A stretch of 49,710 bases of DNA from a virus. Lineage: Duplodnaviria; Caudoviricetes. The translations under genes were made by a program, and so were the position numbers. The notes beneath the pieces are model-generated. The model saw nothing but the letters and a program-made list of their open reading frames with translations, ran no database searches and was not told where the DNA came from. Shown here piece after piece: positions 39,510 through 48,668 of the stretch (its first letter is position 1; each line of letters opens with the position of its first letter). The stretch spans positions 1 through 49,710 of the IMG/VR virus record IMGVR_UViG_3300017707_000475. One strand, 5' to 3'.

Positions 39510-40453
39510 TGCAGCGCATTGTCAGGAAACGACGAGAGCCCCTCGTCCCCTGCACATCCGTCGAGCCCGGGGACCGCTCAGGGACCATCCAGTCCTGTGG
39601 AGCCATGATCCCCTACACACCTCGGAAGCCATGCCCAGTCTGTGGTCGGCGACAGATCAGGGCGACCGCCTCTGTGCCGGGACCCGACGCAGTCATCATC
39701 AGCGATACGGCCTGCCTCGTGGATGAGGACCTCGATGAGATTGTCGCAATCCAGATCGTGAGCGAGCAGAGCCTCGCGTCAGCCATCGGTCAGGAACTCA
39801 GGCACATCGGGCAATGGGAGAGGGTCGCCAACGAGATCAGGATGTCAGGCATCGGGGTCGAGCACCACACCTTCGGCTACGCAGCCCCGGCACCGCTCCG
39901 ATCCCGGTGGGCGTGTACGCGGTGCAGGTTCGACCGCAAGTACCCAGAGGTCACCGACCTCATCTACGACTTCGTCTACCAAGCCGAGAGGCTGTTCCGC
40001 GAGTATGCCCCCGACGCGTATCGGCACTCAGCCGAGGCCGTCCTGTCGACCGTCCCTGAGGCATGGCGCATCAAGGGAACCCCGTGGACATCTGGCGTCA
40101 TCAACAATACGGCAGCCCTGCCCTACCACAAGGACTCCGGAAACATCCGGGGCTCGTGGTCGGCGATGATTGCAGCCCGGCACGGGATCGACGGGGGACT
40201 GCTGTACCTCGCCGACTACGACGTCTACCTCGCTGTCCCCCACGGGTCCATCTCCATCTTCGATGGGCAGTCCGTCCTTCACGGGGTCACGCCCTTCATC
40301 GCCACCGACCGCGACGCATGGCGATACACGCTCGTCTGCTACGCCAAGAGTGGGATGAAGTCCTGCGCCCCGACCCCAGAGCAGGAGGCCGAGAGGGCTG
40401 CGCTCCGCACGACCGAGGCCGATCGGCGCAAGGCCGAACGCCTCAAGAAATGA
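39509..40453 (+). CDS. TET/JBP-family 2OG-Fe(II) dioxygenase
   Basis: WTSGVIN...YHKDSGN (HxD)...GG.L...FDGQSVLHGVTP...RYTLVCY; N-terminal Cys cluster. Confidence 0.85.
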   Translation: MQRIVRKRREPLVPCTSVEPGDRSGTIQSCGAMIPYTPRKPCPVCGRRQIRATASVPGPDAVIISDTACLVDEDLDEIVAIQIVSEQSLASAIGQELRHIGQWERVANEIRMSGIGVEHHTFGYAAPAPLRSRWACTRCRFDRKYPEVTDLIYDFVYQAERLFREYAPDAYRHSAEAVLSTVPEAWRIKGTPWTSGVINNTAALPYHKDSGNIRGSWSAMIAARHGIDGGLLYLADYDVYLAVPHGSISIFDGQSVLHGVTPFIATDRDAWRYTLVCYAKSGMKSCAPTPEQEAERAALRTTEADRRKAERLKK

Positions 40454-41547
40454 CCCTCCCGGCAGGGGCTGACCTGCGCCAACCCGAGCATCGCCGAGAG
40501 GTGTTCCTCCGGTTCTATGACTTCCACACCCAGTTCGGGACGCACCCGGGTCTCGTGTATCTCATCATCCCCGGGCTCCGTGAGAAGCTCGGATGGACAC
40601 AGGAGGAGACCCTCTGGTTCTCGCTCCTCAATGGATGCACACAGCACCCCATGACCTCGCTCCTGCTCATGCAGCAGGCTCCCTCGCTGGCTGAGGCGGA
40701 CAGGTTGGTCGCGTGGCTGGAGCACAACGTCGACCGCATCTCGGTGGACACGGATCGGCGATACCACAGGCGAGCCATCCCCAAGGCCATCGAGGGCTAC
40801 AGGCAGATGCTCGCCGGGGCGACAGCCACCGAGTTCTGGACACTCCGATCCGAGCAGGGATGGGAGTCGATCTGGACCGCTGCGACCTCGATCCCCACCT
40901 TCGGACGACTCTCCGCGTGGTCGTTCTGTGACTACCTCCTCTGCTCAGGCATCCCCGTGGAGCCGACCACGCTCCTGCTCGAGGACCGGGCTGGCTCTCG
41001 ATCTCATCGCAATGGCCTCGCCATCGTCATCGGACGGGACGACCTTGACTGGCACTCCAGCAACCCGAGCTTCTCAGGCAGGTACACCAAGGAGCAACTC
41101 GACATTCTCGCCGACTCAGGGGAGTCCCTCCTTGCCGAGGCGCGTGAGCGAGCCAGAGGACAGCGTCACGAGAGGTTCGTCAACCGTCTGACCCTCGAGT
41201 CTGCCCTCTGCACCTACAAGAGCTTCCACCGACCCAACAGGCGGTACCCCAATGTCTACGCCGACATGATGCACGACAGGCTCCTCGCCTTCGAGGCGAA
41301 ATGGGGGACAGGCCTGACCGACGTGTTCTGGGCTCTCCGATCCGAGCGCATCCCCGGCGACCTGCGCCTTGAGGACAACCCCGGCGACCCGGGCTGTGTC
41401 CCCCTGAAGCAGAACTGGTACCGAGAGACGGGACGACTCCCCATGATGTCCGGGATGTACGGCGACATGGCCTGCGAGTTCGATGACCTCGTCCACGCGG
41501 AGGCCTTCGGTCGATTCCGTGAGCCACGCAAGAGGAGCACGACATGA
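40450..41547 (+). CDS. Amino acid:DNA transferase (aGPT-Pplase2 / AADT family)
   Basis: DTDRRY, FGRLSAWSF.DYL, SRSHRNGL and LESALCTYK..RRYP motifs; gene context. Confidence 0.8.
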   Translation: MTLPAGADLRQPEHRREVFLRFYDFHTQFGTHPGLVYLIIPGLREKLGWTQEETLWFSLLNGCTQHPMTSLLLMQQAPSLAEADRLVAWLEHNVDRISVDTDRRYHRRAIPKAIEGYRQMLAGATATEFWTLRSEQGWESIWTAATSIPTFGRLSAWSFCDYLLCSGIPVEPTTLLLEDRAGSRSHRNGLAIVIGRDDLDWHSSNPSFSGRYTKEQLDILADSGESLLAEARERARGQRHERFVNRLTLESALCTYKSFHRPNRRYPNVYADMMHDRLLAFEAKWGTGLTDVFWALRSERIPGDLRLEDNPGDPGCVPLKQNWYRETGRLPMMSGMYGDMACEFDDLVHAEAFGRFREPRKRSTT

Positions 41548-42452
41548 CCCCGACCGTCGACTGGGATCACATCCTGACCGCTCTGACCCCGTGGGAGGAC
41601 AGGGGAGGCCGTTGGTACAAGAGGGAGGACTACTGCGCTCCTCTCGGCTACGGCAAGGTCAACGGAGCCAAGTTTCGCCAGTGCCTCTACCTGCTCGAGC
41701 GAGCAGCAGATCATGGACTCCCCGGCATCACGACCGGGGCATCCGTCCTCTCGCCCCAGTTGCCCATGTCGGCGGTCATCGCTGAGTACGTCGGCCTGCC
41801 CCTTCGCATCTACATCGGGGGGACGACCCTCGACAAGGCCACCCGGCATCGGAATGTCCAGATTGCCCTCGAGCATGGCGCAGAGTTCCGGACCCTCAAG
41901 GTCGGCTACAACCCAGCCCTCCAGTCAGCCGTCACCAAGGACGTCGCCGAGACAGGGCGATACCACCTGAGGTACGGCATCTCTCCCGATCCGAGCGACG
42001 AGGACATCATCGAGTTCCACCGGGTCGGAGCAGCGCAGGTCCAGAACATCCCTCAGAGCCTGCGTCACCTCGTCATCCCCTGCGGATCAGCGAACTCCAC
42101 CATCTCCATCCTGCTCGGCCTGTCCCTGTACCCTCACAATGTCGAGACCGTGACCCTCATTGGGATCGGACCCAACCGGGCTCGGCTCATCGCGGATCGC
42201 CTGACGCTGTTCGGGGAGCAGATTGGAGCGAGCCTGCCCGTCAGCACGGAGATCGAGATGCACGACCTCCACACCCCCGGCATCGTCACCTACGGACAGA
42301 AGGTCCGTCAGTCGCTGGACGGCATCACCTTTCACCCGACCTATGAAGCCAAGGTCGTCAACCACCTCCTCAGCAACCCGTCAATCGCCCCCGGCTTCGT
42401 GGACGGGGACGGCACGACAGGTCTGTGGATTATCGGATCGGAGCCCAAGTGA
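41544..42452 (+). CDS. PLP-dependent enzyme (fold type II), probable DNA-amino acid decarboxylase
   Basis: LTPWE..YKRED..NGAKFRQ, SVLSPQ, QVQNIP, PCGSANS and HPTYEAK motifs. Confidence 0.8.
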   Translation: MTPTVDWDHILTALTPWEDRGGRWYKREDYCAPLGYGKVNGAKFRQCLYLLERAADHGLPGITTGASVLSPQLPMSAVIAEYVGLPLRIYIGGTTLDKATRHRNVQIALEHGAEFRTLKVGYNPALQSAVTKDVAETGRYHLRYGISPDPSDEDIIEFHRVGAAQVQNIPQSLRHLVIPCGSANSTISILLGLSLYPHNVETVTLIGIGPNRARLIADRLTLFGEQIGASLPVSTEIEMHDLHTPGIVTYGQKVRQSLDGITFHPTYEAKVVNHLLSNPSIAPGFVDGDGTTGLWIIGSEPK

Positions 42453-42991
42453 TGCGAGTCATCTACCTCATCGGCGCACCGGGATCAGGAAAGTCGACTG
42501 CGCTCAAGCGAGCCCTCGAGATCAAGCACTGGGGCGACCCAGTCCAGAAGCTCGAGCCGATCCCCCATCTCGACTATGGGGCAGGGTGCATCCAACTCGG
42601 ACGGGTGCGCGAGACCGGGTTCTCAGGGACTGACGCTCTGGGCATGGCAATCAACCCACGGGCGATCGAGTTCGTGGAGAGCCAACCTGCGCCCATCATC
42701 GTGGGGGAGGGAGATCGCCTCGCCAACGCCGGGTTCCTGAGTGCGGCAGATCGGAGTGGAGTCCTGACGCTCATCTGGCTGGATGTCCCCCCTGAGGTCG
42801 CAAGACAGCGAGCCCGAGAGCGAGCCATCCATCTCGGCACCAAGGAGCAGACAGACTCGTGGTGGAAGGGTCGGTACACCAAGACCTCACGACTCGCAGG
42901 TGGCTGGCCTCACATCCGCATCGACGGGACAGCCCCGGCAGAGCACGTCGCGCAGAGCCTCGCAGACTACATACCTCACACCCGTTACTGA
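42452..42991 (+). CDS. P-loop kinase, probable hydroxymethyl-base DNA kinase
   Basis: Walker A GAPGSGKST; FSGTDALGM; EGDRLAN. Confidence 0.8.
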   Translation: MRVIYLIGAPGSGKSTALKRALEIKHWGDPVQKLEPIPHLDYGAGCIQLGRVRETGFSGTDALGMAINPRAIEFVESQPAPIIVGEGDRLANAGFLSAADRSGVLTLIWLDVPPEVARQRARERAIHLGTKEQTDSWWKGRYTKTSRLAGGWPHIRIDGTAPAEHVAQSLADYIPHTRY

Positions 42992-43008
42992 TAGCGTAAT
43001 CGGTCGAG

Positions 43009-43209
43009 ATGGGCAGACCGACCGAGTACGAGACACCACGGATACAAGTGTTGGTCCGCTTCGTCCCGGCAGACCTGCTCATCGTCAAGACGGAGGCGAG
43101 GCACTTAGGTATCAGCGTCAACCGTCTCATCGAGCGAGCCGTGCAGGACTGGATCATGCGTGAGGCTGGCGAGACACGGGAACCACAGACAATCGGAGAC
43201 ACGCCATGA
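43009..43209 (+). CDS. Ribbon-helix-helix DNA-binding protein
   Basis: MGRP..QVLVRF..EARHLGISVNRLIERAV. Confidence 0.65.
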   Translation: MGRPTEYETPRIQVLVRFVPADLLIVKTEARHLGISVNRLIERAVQDWIMREAGETREPQTIGDTP

Positions 43210-43922
43210 CCGCCAAGAAGGCAACCCCCAAGGCCACCAAGGAGGCTCCAGCCAAGGCTCCACGGAAGCCCAGAGCCCGACGTGAGGAGACGATCCGAGT
43301 GGTGGACCTCGCCAAGGCCACCAACCTCGCACTCGCCGGGGCGACCTACAAGCAGATCGCGACTGAGTTGGAGGTCGATGAGGAGACCGTTCGGTACCAC
43401 CTGCTCTCGGCTGAGGGTCAGCGAGCCCTGCGCTTCGCAGTCAACGACCTACAGGAGCGCACGGATCGGTTCCTTGCCTCTGCCCACTTGCAGGCCATCC
43501 GTCGTCTGGTCCGGGAGATGGAAGAAGCTCAGAAGCCGGGTGATCGCATCCGTGCAGCGCAGGCCATCACGATGCTGGCTGCCAAGCGCATCGAGATCAC
43601 AGGAGCCAATGGGAGCCCCATTGAGGTCGACACCACGATGGCGATGCTCCTCGATGAGCGCATCGCACGGATGAGGGAACGCTCCCGGGCTGTCATTGAC
43701 ACCACGGCAGTCATCGCACTTCCGGAACCTGAGCCGACCGATGAGGACGTCGTGGAGGCTGAGGTCATCCCTCTGGAGCCTGAGAGCCCTCCTGAGCCTG
43801 CTCCTGTGCCTGAGCCACCTGTGGAGGCCGTAGCCCCGGCACAGCCCCTGAGAGCCCCTGCTGGGCGCGTGAGACAGCCTGCTGGCCTCGCCCCGGGTCA
43901 AGGACTCCGAGCCAGACGATGA
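43206..43922 (+). CDS. terS: Terminase small subunit (probable)
   Basis: HTH AGATYKQIATELEV and EITGANGSPIEV motif; directly upstream of TerL. Confidence 0.7.
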   Translation: MTAKKATPKATKEAPAKAPRKPRARREETIRVVDLAKATNLALAGATYKQIATELEVDEETVRYHLLSAEGQRALRFAVNDLQERTDRFLASAHLQAIRRLVREMEEAQKPGDRIRAAQAITMLAAKRIEITGANGSPIEVDTTMAMLLDERIARMRERSRAVIDTTAVIALPEPEPTDEDVVEAEVIPLEPESPPEPAPVPEPPVEAVAPAQPLRAPAGRVRQPAGLAPGQGLRARR

Positions 43923-45328
43923 GCCAGACGACTGCCCGTGACTGGGATCGGATGAGTGATGCCGAGCGAGCCGTCCTGACAGGCGACATCGAGGACATCC
44001 GTGCAGGCCTCGATCCTGCCGGGCTCGAGCATCTGATGTACCTCTGGGAGTTCTGGCGACGCCCCAATCAGACACGCCCTGAGGGGCTCGGCTCCAAGTA
44101 CCGGGCGTGGATGCTCATCGCTGGACGAGGCTTCGGCAAGACAAGGGTCGGATCGGAGACGACTCGGCAGATGATTGAGGTCGAGCCTCGCATCGCCCTC
44201 GTCGGTCCGACCGCTGCCGATGTCCGAGATGTCATGGTCGAGGGGGAGTCGGGCATCCTGTCCGTGTTCCCTCCATCCCAGAGACCTGTGTATGAGCCAT
44301 CCAAGAGGCGAGTCACCTTTCACAATGGCGCAATGGCGACCCTGTTCTCGGCTGAGGAGCCCGACAGATTGCGCGGACCTCAGCACGGGTGGGCATGGAT
44401 CGACGAGCCTGCCTCAATGCCCAGAGGCGAGGACACCCTCTCCAACCTCCTCCTCGGTCTCCGTCTAGGCCGTGAGCCGTGGGCTCTCCTGACGGGTACG
44501 CCCAAGCCAGCCCGATGGCTGAGGGCTCTCTCCCAGCGACCCGACACCCTCGTGACCACCGGGTCGACCTACGACAACGTCGCCAACCTCGCCCCCGGCT
44601 TCATTGACGACGTCCTCGGACGCTATGAGGGGACACGCCTCGGGCGACAGGAGCTTCATGCTGAGTGGCTGGACGACGTGGAAGGAGCCCTGTGGACGGA
44701 GGTCATCCTCGATCGTGGTCGCTTGACATCGTTCGACATCGCCCAGCCGTGGCAGTCCCTCAACCGACACCTCGCAGATCGGGATCGCCCGGCAATCCTT
44801 GAGCGCAGACCGTGGAAGGTCATCGTGGCAGTCGACCCACCGGGAGAGACAGCCGAGTGCGGCATCGTCGTGGCCTGCGCCCCGGTACAGGGACGGGCAG
44901 GAGTCGACCACGCTGTCATCCTCGAGGACTGCTCCATGCCGGGGCGACCCGAGGAGTGGGGCGCACAGGTGGCCTCAGCAGCCAGACGCTGGAAGGCAGA
45001 GCGAGTCGTCGTGGAGTCCAACCAAGGAGGCGACATGGTGCGGGCAACGATCCACGCAGTCGACCCGATGCTCCGTGTGGAGAAGATCACTGCCCGTCTG
45101 AGCAAGGCTGCCCGAGCCGAGCCCGTGTCTGCCCTCTATGAGCGAGGCCTTGTCCACCACTCTGGGTTCTTCCCCATGCTCGAGAGCCAGATGGTCTCAT
45201 GGGTCCCGGGGGAGGGCAAGTCCCCCGACCGTATGGACGCTCTGGTTCACGCGGTCGCCTCGCTCCTCATCGCCCAGCCTGTCGTGCCGGGCTCCGTCGT
45301 CTCACCCACATCAAGGAGAATCCCATGA
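43919..45328 (+). CDS. terL: Terminase large subunit
   Basis: AGRGFGKTR, RLRGPQH..AWIDE, GRQEL, AVDP, ESNQGG and SPDRMDA motifs. Confidence 0.93.
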   Translation: MSQTTARDWDRMSDAERAVLTGDIEDIRAGLDPAGLEHLMYLWEFWRRPNQTRPEGLGSKYRAWMLIAGRGFGKTRVGSETTRQMIEVEPRIALVGPTAADVRDVMVEGESGILSVFPPSQRPVYEPSKRRVTFHNGAMATLFSAEEPDRLRGPQHGWAWIDEPASMPRGEDTLSNLLLGLRLGREPWALLTGTPKPARWLRALSQRPDTLVTTGSTYDNVANLAPGFIDDVLGRYEGTRLGRQELHAEWLDDVEGALWTEVILDRGRLTSFDIAQPWQSLNRHLADRDRPAILERRPWKVIVAVDPPGETAECGIVVACAPVQGRAGVDHAVILEDCSMPGRPEEWGAQVASAARRWKAERVVVESNQGGDMVRATIHAVDPMLRVEKITARLSKAARAEPVSALYERGLVHHSGFFPMLESQMVSWVPGEGKSPDRMDALVHAVASLLIAQPVVPGSVVSPTSRRIP

Positions 45329-45615
45329 CCCTGCCCATCACCATCATCCTCGTCGCCCTATCGACCTACAGGCTGACCCGACTCATCACCGCGGATCGGA
45401 TCACGCAGAAGCTCAGGGAGGCGGTCATCGCCCGAGGCGAGATGGTCGGCTACCTTGCGACGTGCGATTGGTGTCTCTCGATCTGGCTCGCACCGATCCC
45501 CACCGGGTTGGCTGTCATGTTCCCCGGCAATCGCCTGATCCTCATCGGCCTGCTCGCCCTGTCGGCCTCTGCCCTGACTGGCCTGCTCGCCTCGCTAGAG
45601 GGGAAGCTCGGATGA
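45325..45615 (+). CDS. DUF1360-like membrane protein
   Basis: YRLTRLITADRIT..YLATCDWCLSIW; AAGGAG RBS. Confidence 0.75.
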   Translation: MTLPITIILVALSTYRLTRLITADRITQKLREAVIARGEMVGYLATCDWCLSIWLAPIPTGLAVMFPGNRLILIGLLALSASALTGLLASLEGKLG

Positions 45616-45622
45616 CATACCG

Positions 45623-45644
45623 TCCGACTAGAGTCGGTCACAAT
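45623..45644 (+). promoter_or_regulatory. Operator copy plus -10-like box
   Basis: CCGACTAGAGTCGG followed by CACAAT; the -35 is weak. Confidence 0.6.
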
Positions 45645-45658
45645 CCCAAGGAGAGACC

Positions 45659-46471
45659 ATGACCTATCCCCTCCGCGTCCTGTCCCTCGGGGCTGGGGTG
45701 CAATCAACGACCCTGCTGCTGATGATGCTTCACGATGAGATACCTCGTGCGGATCATGTCGTGTTCGCCGACACCGGATGGGAGCCCAAGAAGGTCTACG
45801 ACCATCTGGACTATCTCAGAGGCCTCATGGACGATGCCGGGATGCCGTTCCACATGGTCAGCGAGGGCAACCTTCGCGAGGACTTCCTGACCTCTGGACG
45901 TCGCTACGCCTCGATGCCCCTGTACGTCGCCGATGAGGTCGGTAAGAAGGGCATGGTCCGTCGCCAATGCACGACCGAGTACAAACTCAAGCCCCTCATG
46001 GTGAAACAGAGGGAACTCGCAGGCCTCGCCAAGGGACAGCGATGCAAGGAGCATCGCATCACCACAGTCATCGGCATCTCATACGATGAGGTCCAGAGGA
46101 TGAAGGACCCGAAGTTCTCATGGATCGAGCATGAGTATCCATTGGTCGACCGACGGATGAGCCGACAGGACTGCCTTGACTGGTGCGAGGAGCACGGGTA
46201 CGCCTTGCCTCCCCGATCTGCCTGCGTGGGCTGTCCCTTCAAGGCGACCTCCGAATGGCGAGCCCTCAAGGACGAGCCCGGCGAGTGGGAGGACGCGGTG
46301 GACTTCGACAACCAACTCCGATCCAATCCAGTCGTCATCTCCCGGTACCGTGGAACGCCCTACCTCCATGCCTCTCTCAAGCCCCTGTCAGAGGTCGACC
46401 TTCGCACGGATGAGGAGCGAGGCATCTTCACCCTGTTCGATCAGGAGTGTGAAGGGATGTGTGGGTTGTAG
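45659..46471 (+). CDS. PAPS-reductase-like PP-loop protein with Cys motifs
   Basis: SLGAGVQST, FADTGWE, RQCT..YK, SACVGCPF and C-terminal ECEGMCGL. Confidence 0.8.
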   Translation: MTYPLRVLSLGAGVQSTTLLLMMLHDEIPRADHVVFADTGWEPKKVYDHLDYLRGLMDDAGMPFHMVSEGNLREDFLTSGRRYASMPLYVADEVGKKGMVRRQCTTEYKLKPLMVKQRELAGLAKGQRCKEHRITTVIGISYDEVQRMKDPKFSWIEHEYPLVDRRMSRQDCLDWCEEHGYALPPRSACVGCPFKATSEWRALKDEPGEWEDAVDFDNQLRSNPVVISRYRGTPYLHASLKPLSEVDLRTDEERGIFTLFDQECEGMCGL

Positions 46472-46485
46472 CTCAGGGGTGATGC

Positions 46486-46514
46486 TTGCATTGCCGACTG
46501 GAGTCGGCTATGCT
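46486..46514 (+). promoter_or_regulatory. Promoter with palindromic operator, leaderless start
   Basis: TTGCAT-17bp-TATGCT; spacer GCCGACTGGAGTCGGC; ATG at 46522. Confidence 0.8.
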
Positions 46515-46521
46515 TCATCAC

Positions 46522-46995
46522 ATGACAACCAACCAGACACCACTCACCAATCAGCCCAAGGTCTACTTCGTCTCCAATGGAGGGAGCCTCATCTGCTCTC
46601 ACCATGCCGGGATGTACCTGACCGCGGAACTCACCGCTCGCCCCAAGGCTCGCAAGATCACAACCCCCCTCGATGTGTGGGAGCGTCTCAACTCAGCAGA
46701 GGTCGCAGTCATGTTCGCCGAACTCGGGTTCTGCTGTGAGACCTGCAAGGCCAACGAGCCCACCCCCATCGGAGTCCTCAACGACAGCCACATCGGCAAG
46801 TATGTGACCGTCCAGTCCAAGCGATTCGGAACCAAGTCCTCAGGCATCTATGAGGGCGTGAGGGCATCGCAATGGGACAAGGCTCCCTACCACTACTTCC
46901 GGAACGGCATCATCGGAGAGACCCCTCAGGGACTGCATGGCTACCCTGTCGCCCAGTCTGACGACCATGTCCTCATCGCAGTAGAGGAGGCCTGA
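46522..46995 (+). CDS. Hypothetical early protein
   Basis: Leaderless ATG; CxxH..CxxC motifs. Confidence 0.7.
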   Translation: MTTNQTPLTNQPKVYFVSNGGSLICSHHAGMYLTAELTARPKARKITTPLDVWERLNSAEVAVMFAELGFCCETCKANEPTPIGVLNDSHIGKYVTVQSKRFGTKSSGIYEGVRASQWDKAPYHYFRNGIIGETPQGLHGYPVAQSDDHVLIAVEEA

Positions 46996-46996
46996 G

Positions 46997-47260
46997 ATGA
47001 CTGCCACACAGCACGACACCCAGAGCCCAAGGGCGAACGGTCGCATCCTTGAGCGAGGCACGGAGGTGTCCATTCGCAATCAGCGAGGACGCTTCCGTTT
47101 CGTGGGCATCAACAAGGGCGACGGGAGTGGATGCTTCTATGGAGGTCCACTCGGACACGAGATGTTCCGAGACTTCTATCTCACGCAGGTGCGAGTCGTC
47201 CACGCCAAGAAGCGCACCCGTGCCAACCTCGCCCAGATTGCCAAGGAGGTCACCCGATGA
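46997..47260 (+). CDS. Hypothetical SH3-like protein
   Basis: GAGGAGG RBS; GTEVSIRNQRGRFRF...FRDFY. Confidence 0.7.
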   Translation: MTATQHDTQSPRANGRILERGTEVSIRNQRGRFRFVGINKGDGSGCFYGGPLGHEMFRDFYLTQVRVVHAKKRTRANLAQIAKEVTR

Positions 47261-47502
47261 CCCTTGACGAACTCATTGACCGCCTCTCTGACATCCGCGA
47301 GGACATCGGAGGCGATACCCCTGTGCGTGGAGCACAGCAACCCTCGTACCCTCTGCTCGCCTTCATTGAGGCCATCACAGTCGTCCAGACAGGAGATGCG
47401 AGCGAGGTGTTCATCGGACTCGCAGAGCCCAAGGCCTACGGATCGAGTATGCACTACTCGGATGACTTCGTGGACGCTGACGATGAGGGGGATGACGAAT
47501 GA
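47257..47502 (+). CDS. Hypothetical acidic protein
   Basis: AAGGAGG RBS; MTLDELIDRL..AQQPSYPL. Confidence 0.7.
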   Translation: MTLDELIDRLSDIREDIGGDTPVRGAQQPSYPLLAFIEAITVVQTGDASEVFIGLAEPKAYGSSMHYSDDFVDADDEGDDE

Positions 47503-47768
47503 GACGCTCACGTCGCTCCCCTGTTCACCCGTGTTTCGCTATCGCCCGAAATGGGCGATGCTCCTGCGTGTGTGGATGCTCTGTCGTCCTGCACAAGGAG
47601 GAGATCAGCGAGGTAGGCGACATCTGTGATGCCTGCTTCCGGAGCCTGTTCGGCAGGCATCAACCCACGCGAGGAGGCGACACGGGTCCGTTCCGTATCT
47701 CCTTCGACACCGACCCAACCCCGGCGTTCGGCATCGTGCGCCCAACCCTAGAAGGAGACAACCAATGA
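47499..47768 (+). CDS. Small Cys-rich protein
   Basis: ATGA overlaps at both ends; CxxC pairs. Confidence 0.5.
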   Translation: MRRSRRSPVHPCFAIARNGRCSCVCGCSVVLHKEEISEVGDICDACFRSLFGRHQPTRGGDTGPFRISFDTDPTPAFGIVRPTLEGDNQ

Positions 47769-48229
47769 GGAACAAGGAACTAGAGCGCATCGCAGCCCTG
47801 CTCGCACAGGATGGCGAGGACAAGACCGACGGGGAGTGCCTCGGCGAGGTCTGGGCATTCCTTGAGGAGTGTGGCATCGACCCCGATGACTTCCGAGCCT
47901 GCACCTGCTCTCGCATCATTGACCGCTCGCTCTGCCCCCTGTGCATGGTCAAGGACGACCTCAAGGGTCTCTCTGAGTGGGAGGACGATGAGGAGGAGCC
48001 CACCGGGACCCAGTTCATCGTGGGGACTGAACTCCAGTGCAGGTCGCTCGCTGACTACGACTGCATCTTCAGGTTCACGGTCGTCAAGCGCACGGACAAG
48101 TTCGTGACCCTGCGCTACTTCAATGAGGACCTCAAGGTCGCCATACGATGTGGATCGGATGGGCGTGAGTATTGCTTCCCCCTCGGGAAGCACTCCATGT
48201 CGCCGATGCTGTACGCGGAGCCGTTCTGA
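47765..48229 (+). CDS. Hypothetical protein
   Basis: AAGGAG RBS; CRSLADYDCIFRFTVVKRT. Confidence 0.7.
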   Translation: MRNKELERIAALLAQDGEDKTDGECLGEVWAFLEECGIDPDDFRACTCSRIIDRSLCPLCMVKDDLKGLSEWEDDEEEPTGTQFIVGTELQCRSLADYDCIFRFTVVKRTDKFVTLRYFNEDLKVAIRCGSDGREYCFPLGKHSMSPMLYAEPF

Positions 48230-48510
48230 TGACTGCCTCTCACGACACCATCAGAGCCGAGATCAAGGACAGGCCATCAGACGAACTCGCCATCCTGCTC
48301 CTGCTCGTGGACAGCACCGATGCATCACCGGAGACCAACCTCGTCAAGTTCGCCATCGGCGATGAGTTGGTCGCTCGCTACCCGTCCATCAAGGATGCTC
48401 TGGACGCATGGTCAGAGTCGCTCTCCGATCCACGCACCTCAGCAGAGGTCATCATTGAGAACCTCCCGAGCGAGGTCATCGACCTCATGCCACGTCGCCT
48501 GAGCGACTGA
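48229..48510 (+). CDS. Hypothetical protein
   Basis: TGATG coupling. Confidence 0.65.
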   Translation: MTASHDTIRAEIKDRPSDELAILLLLVDSTDASPETNLVKFAIGDELVARYPSIKDALDAWSESLSDPRTSAEVIIENLPSEVIDLMPRRLSD

Positions 48511-48668
48511 GCACGGATTATTTCTGGACCCTCAATCGCCTGCTACGCAAGGGCGAGAGGCCTGTTGCCACCACCCTCACCCCCCGGGGGTGGTGGCTCG
48601 GGCGAGTGTCCTCGGTTAGGGTCAATACACCGAGCCATAGAGCCCTCCCTGCTCCAGAGCACCCGTGC
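48511..48668 (+). ncRNA. Candidate structured leader RNA with pseudoknot
   Basis: Closing helices GCACGG/CCGTGC and TCTGG/CCAGA, three internal hairpins, and loop AGGGTC complementary to GACCCT. Confidence 0.4.
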
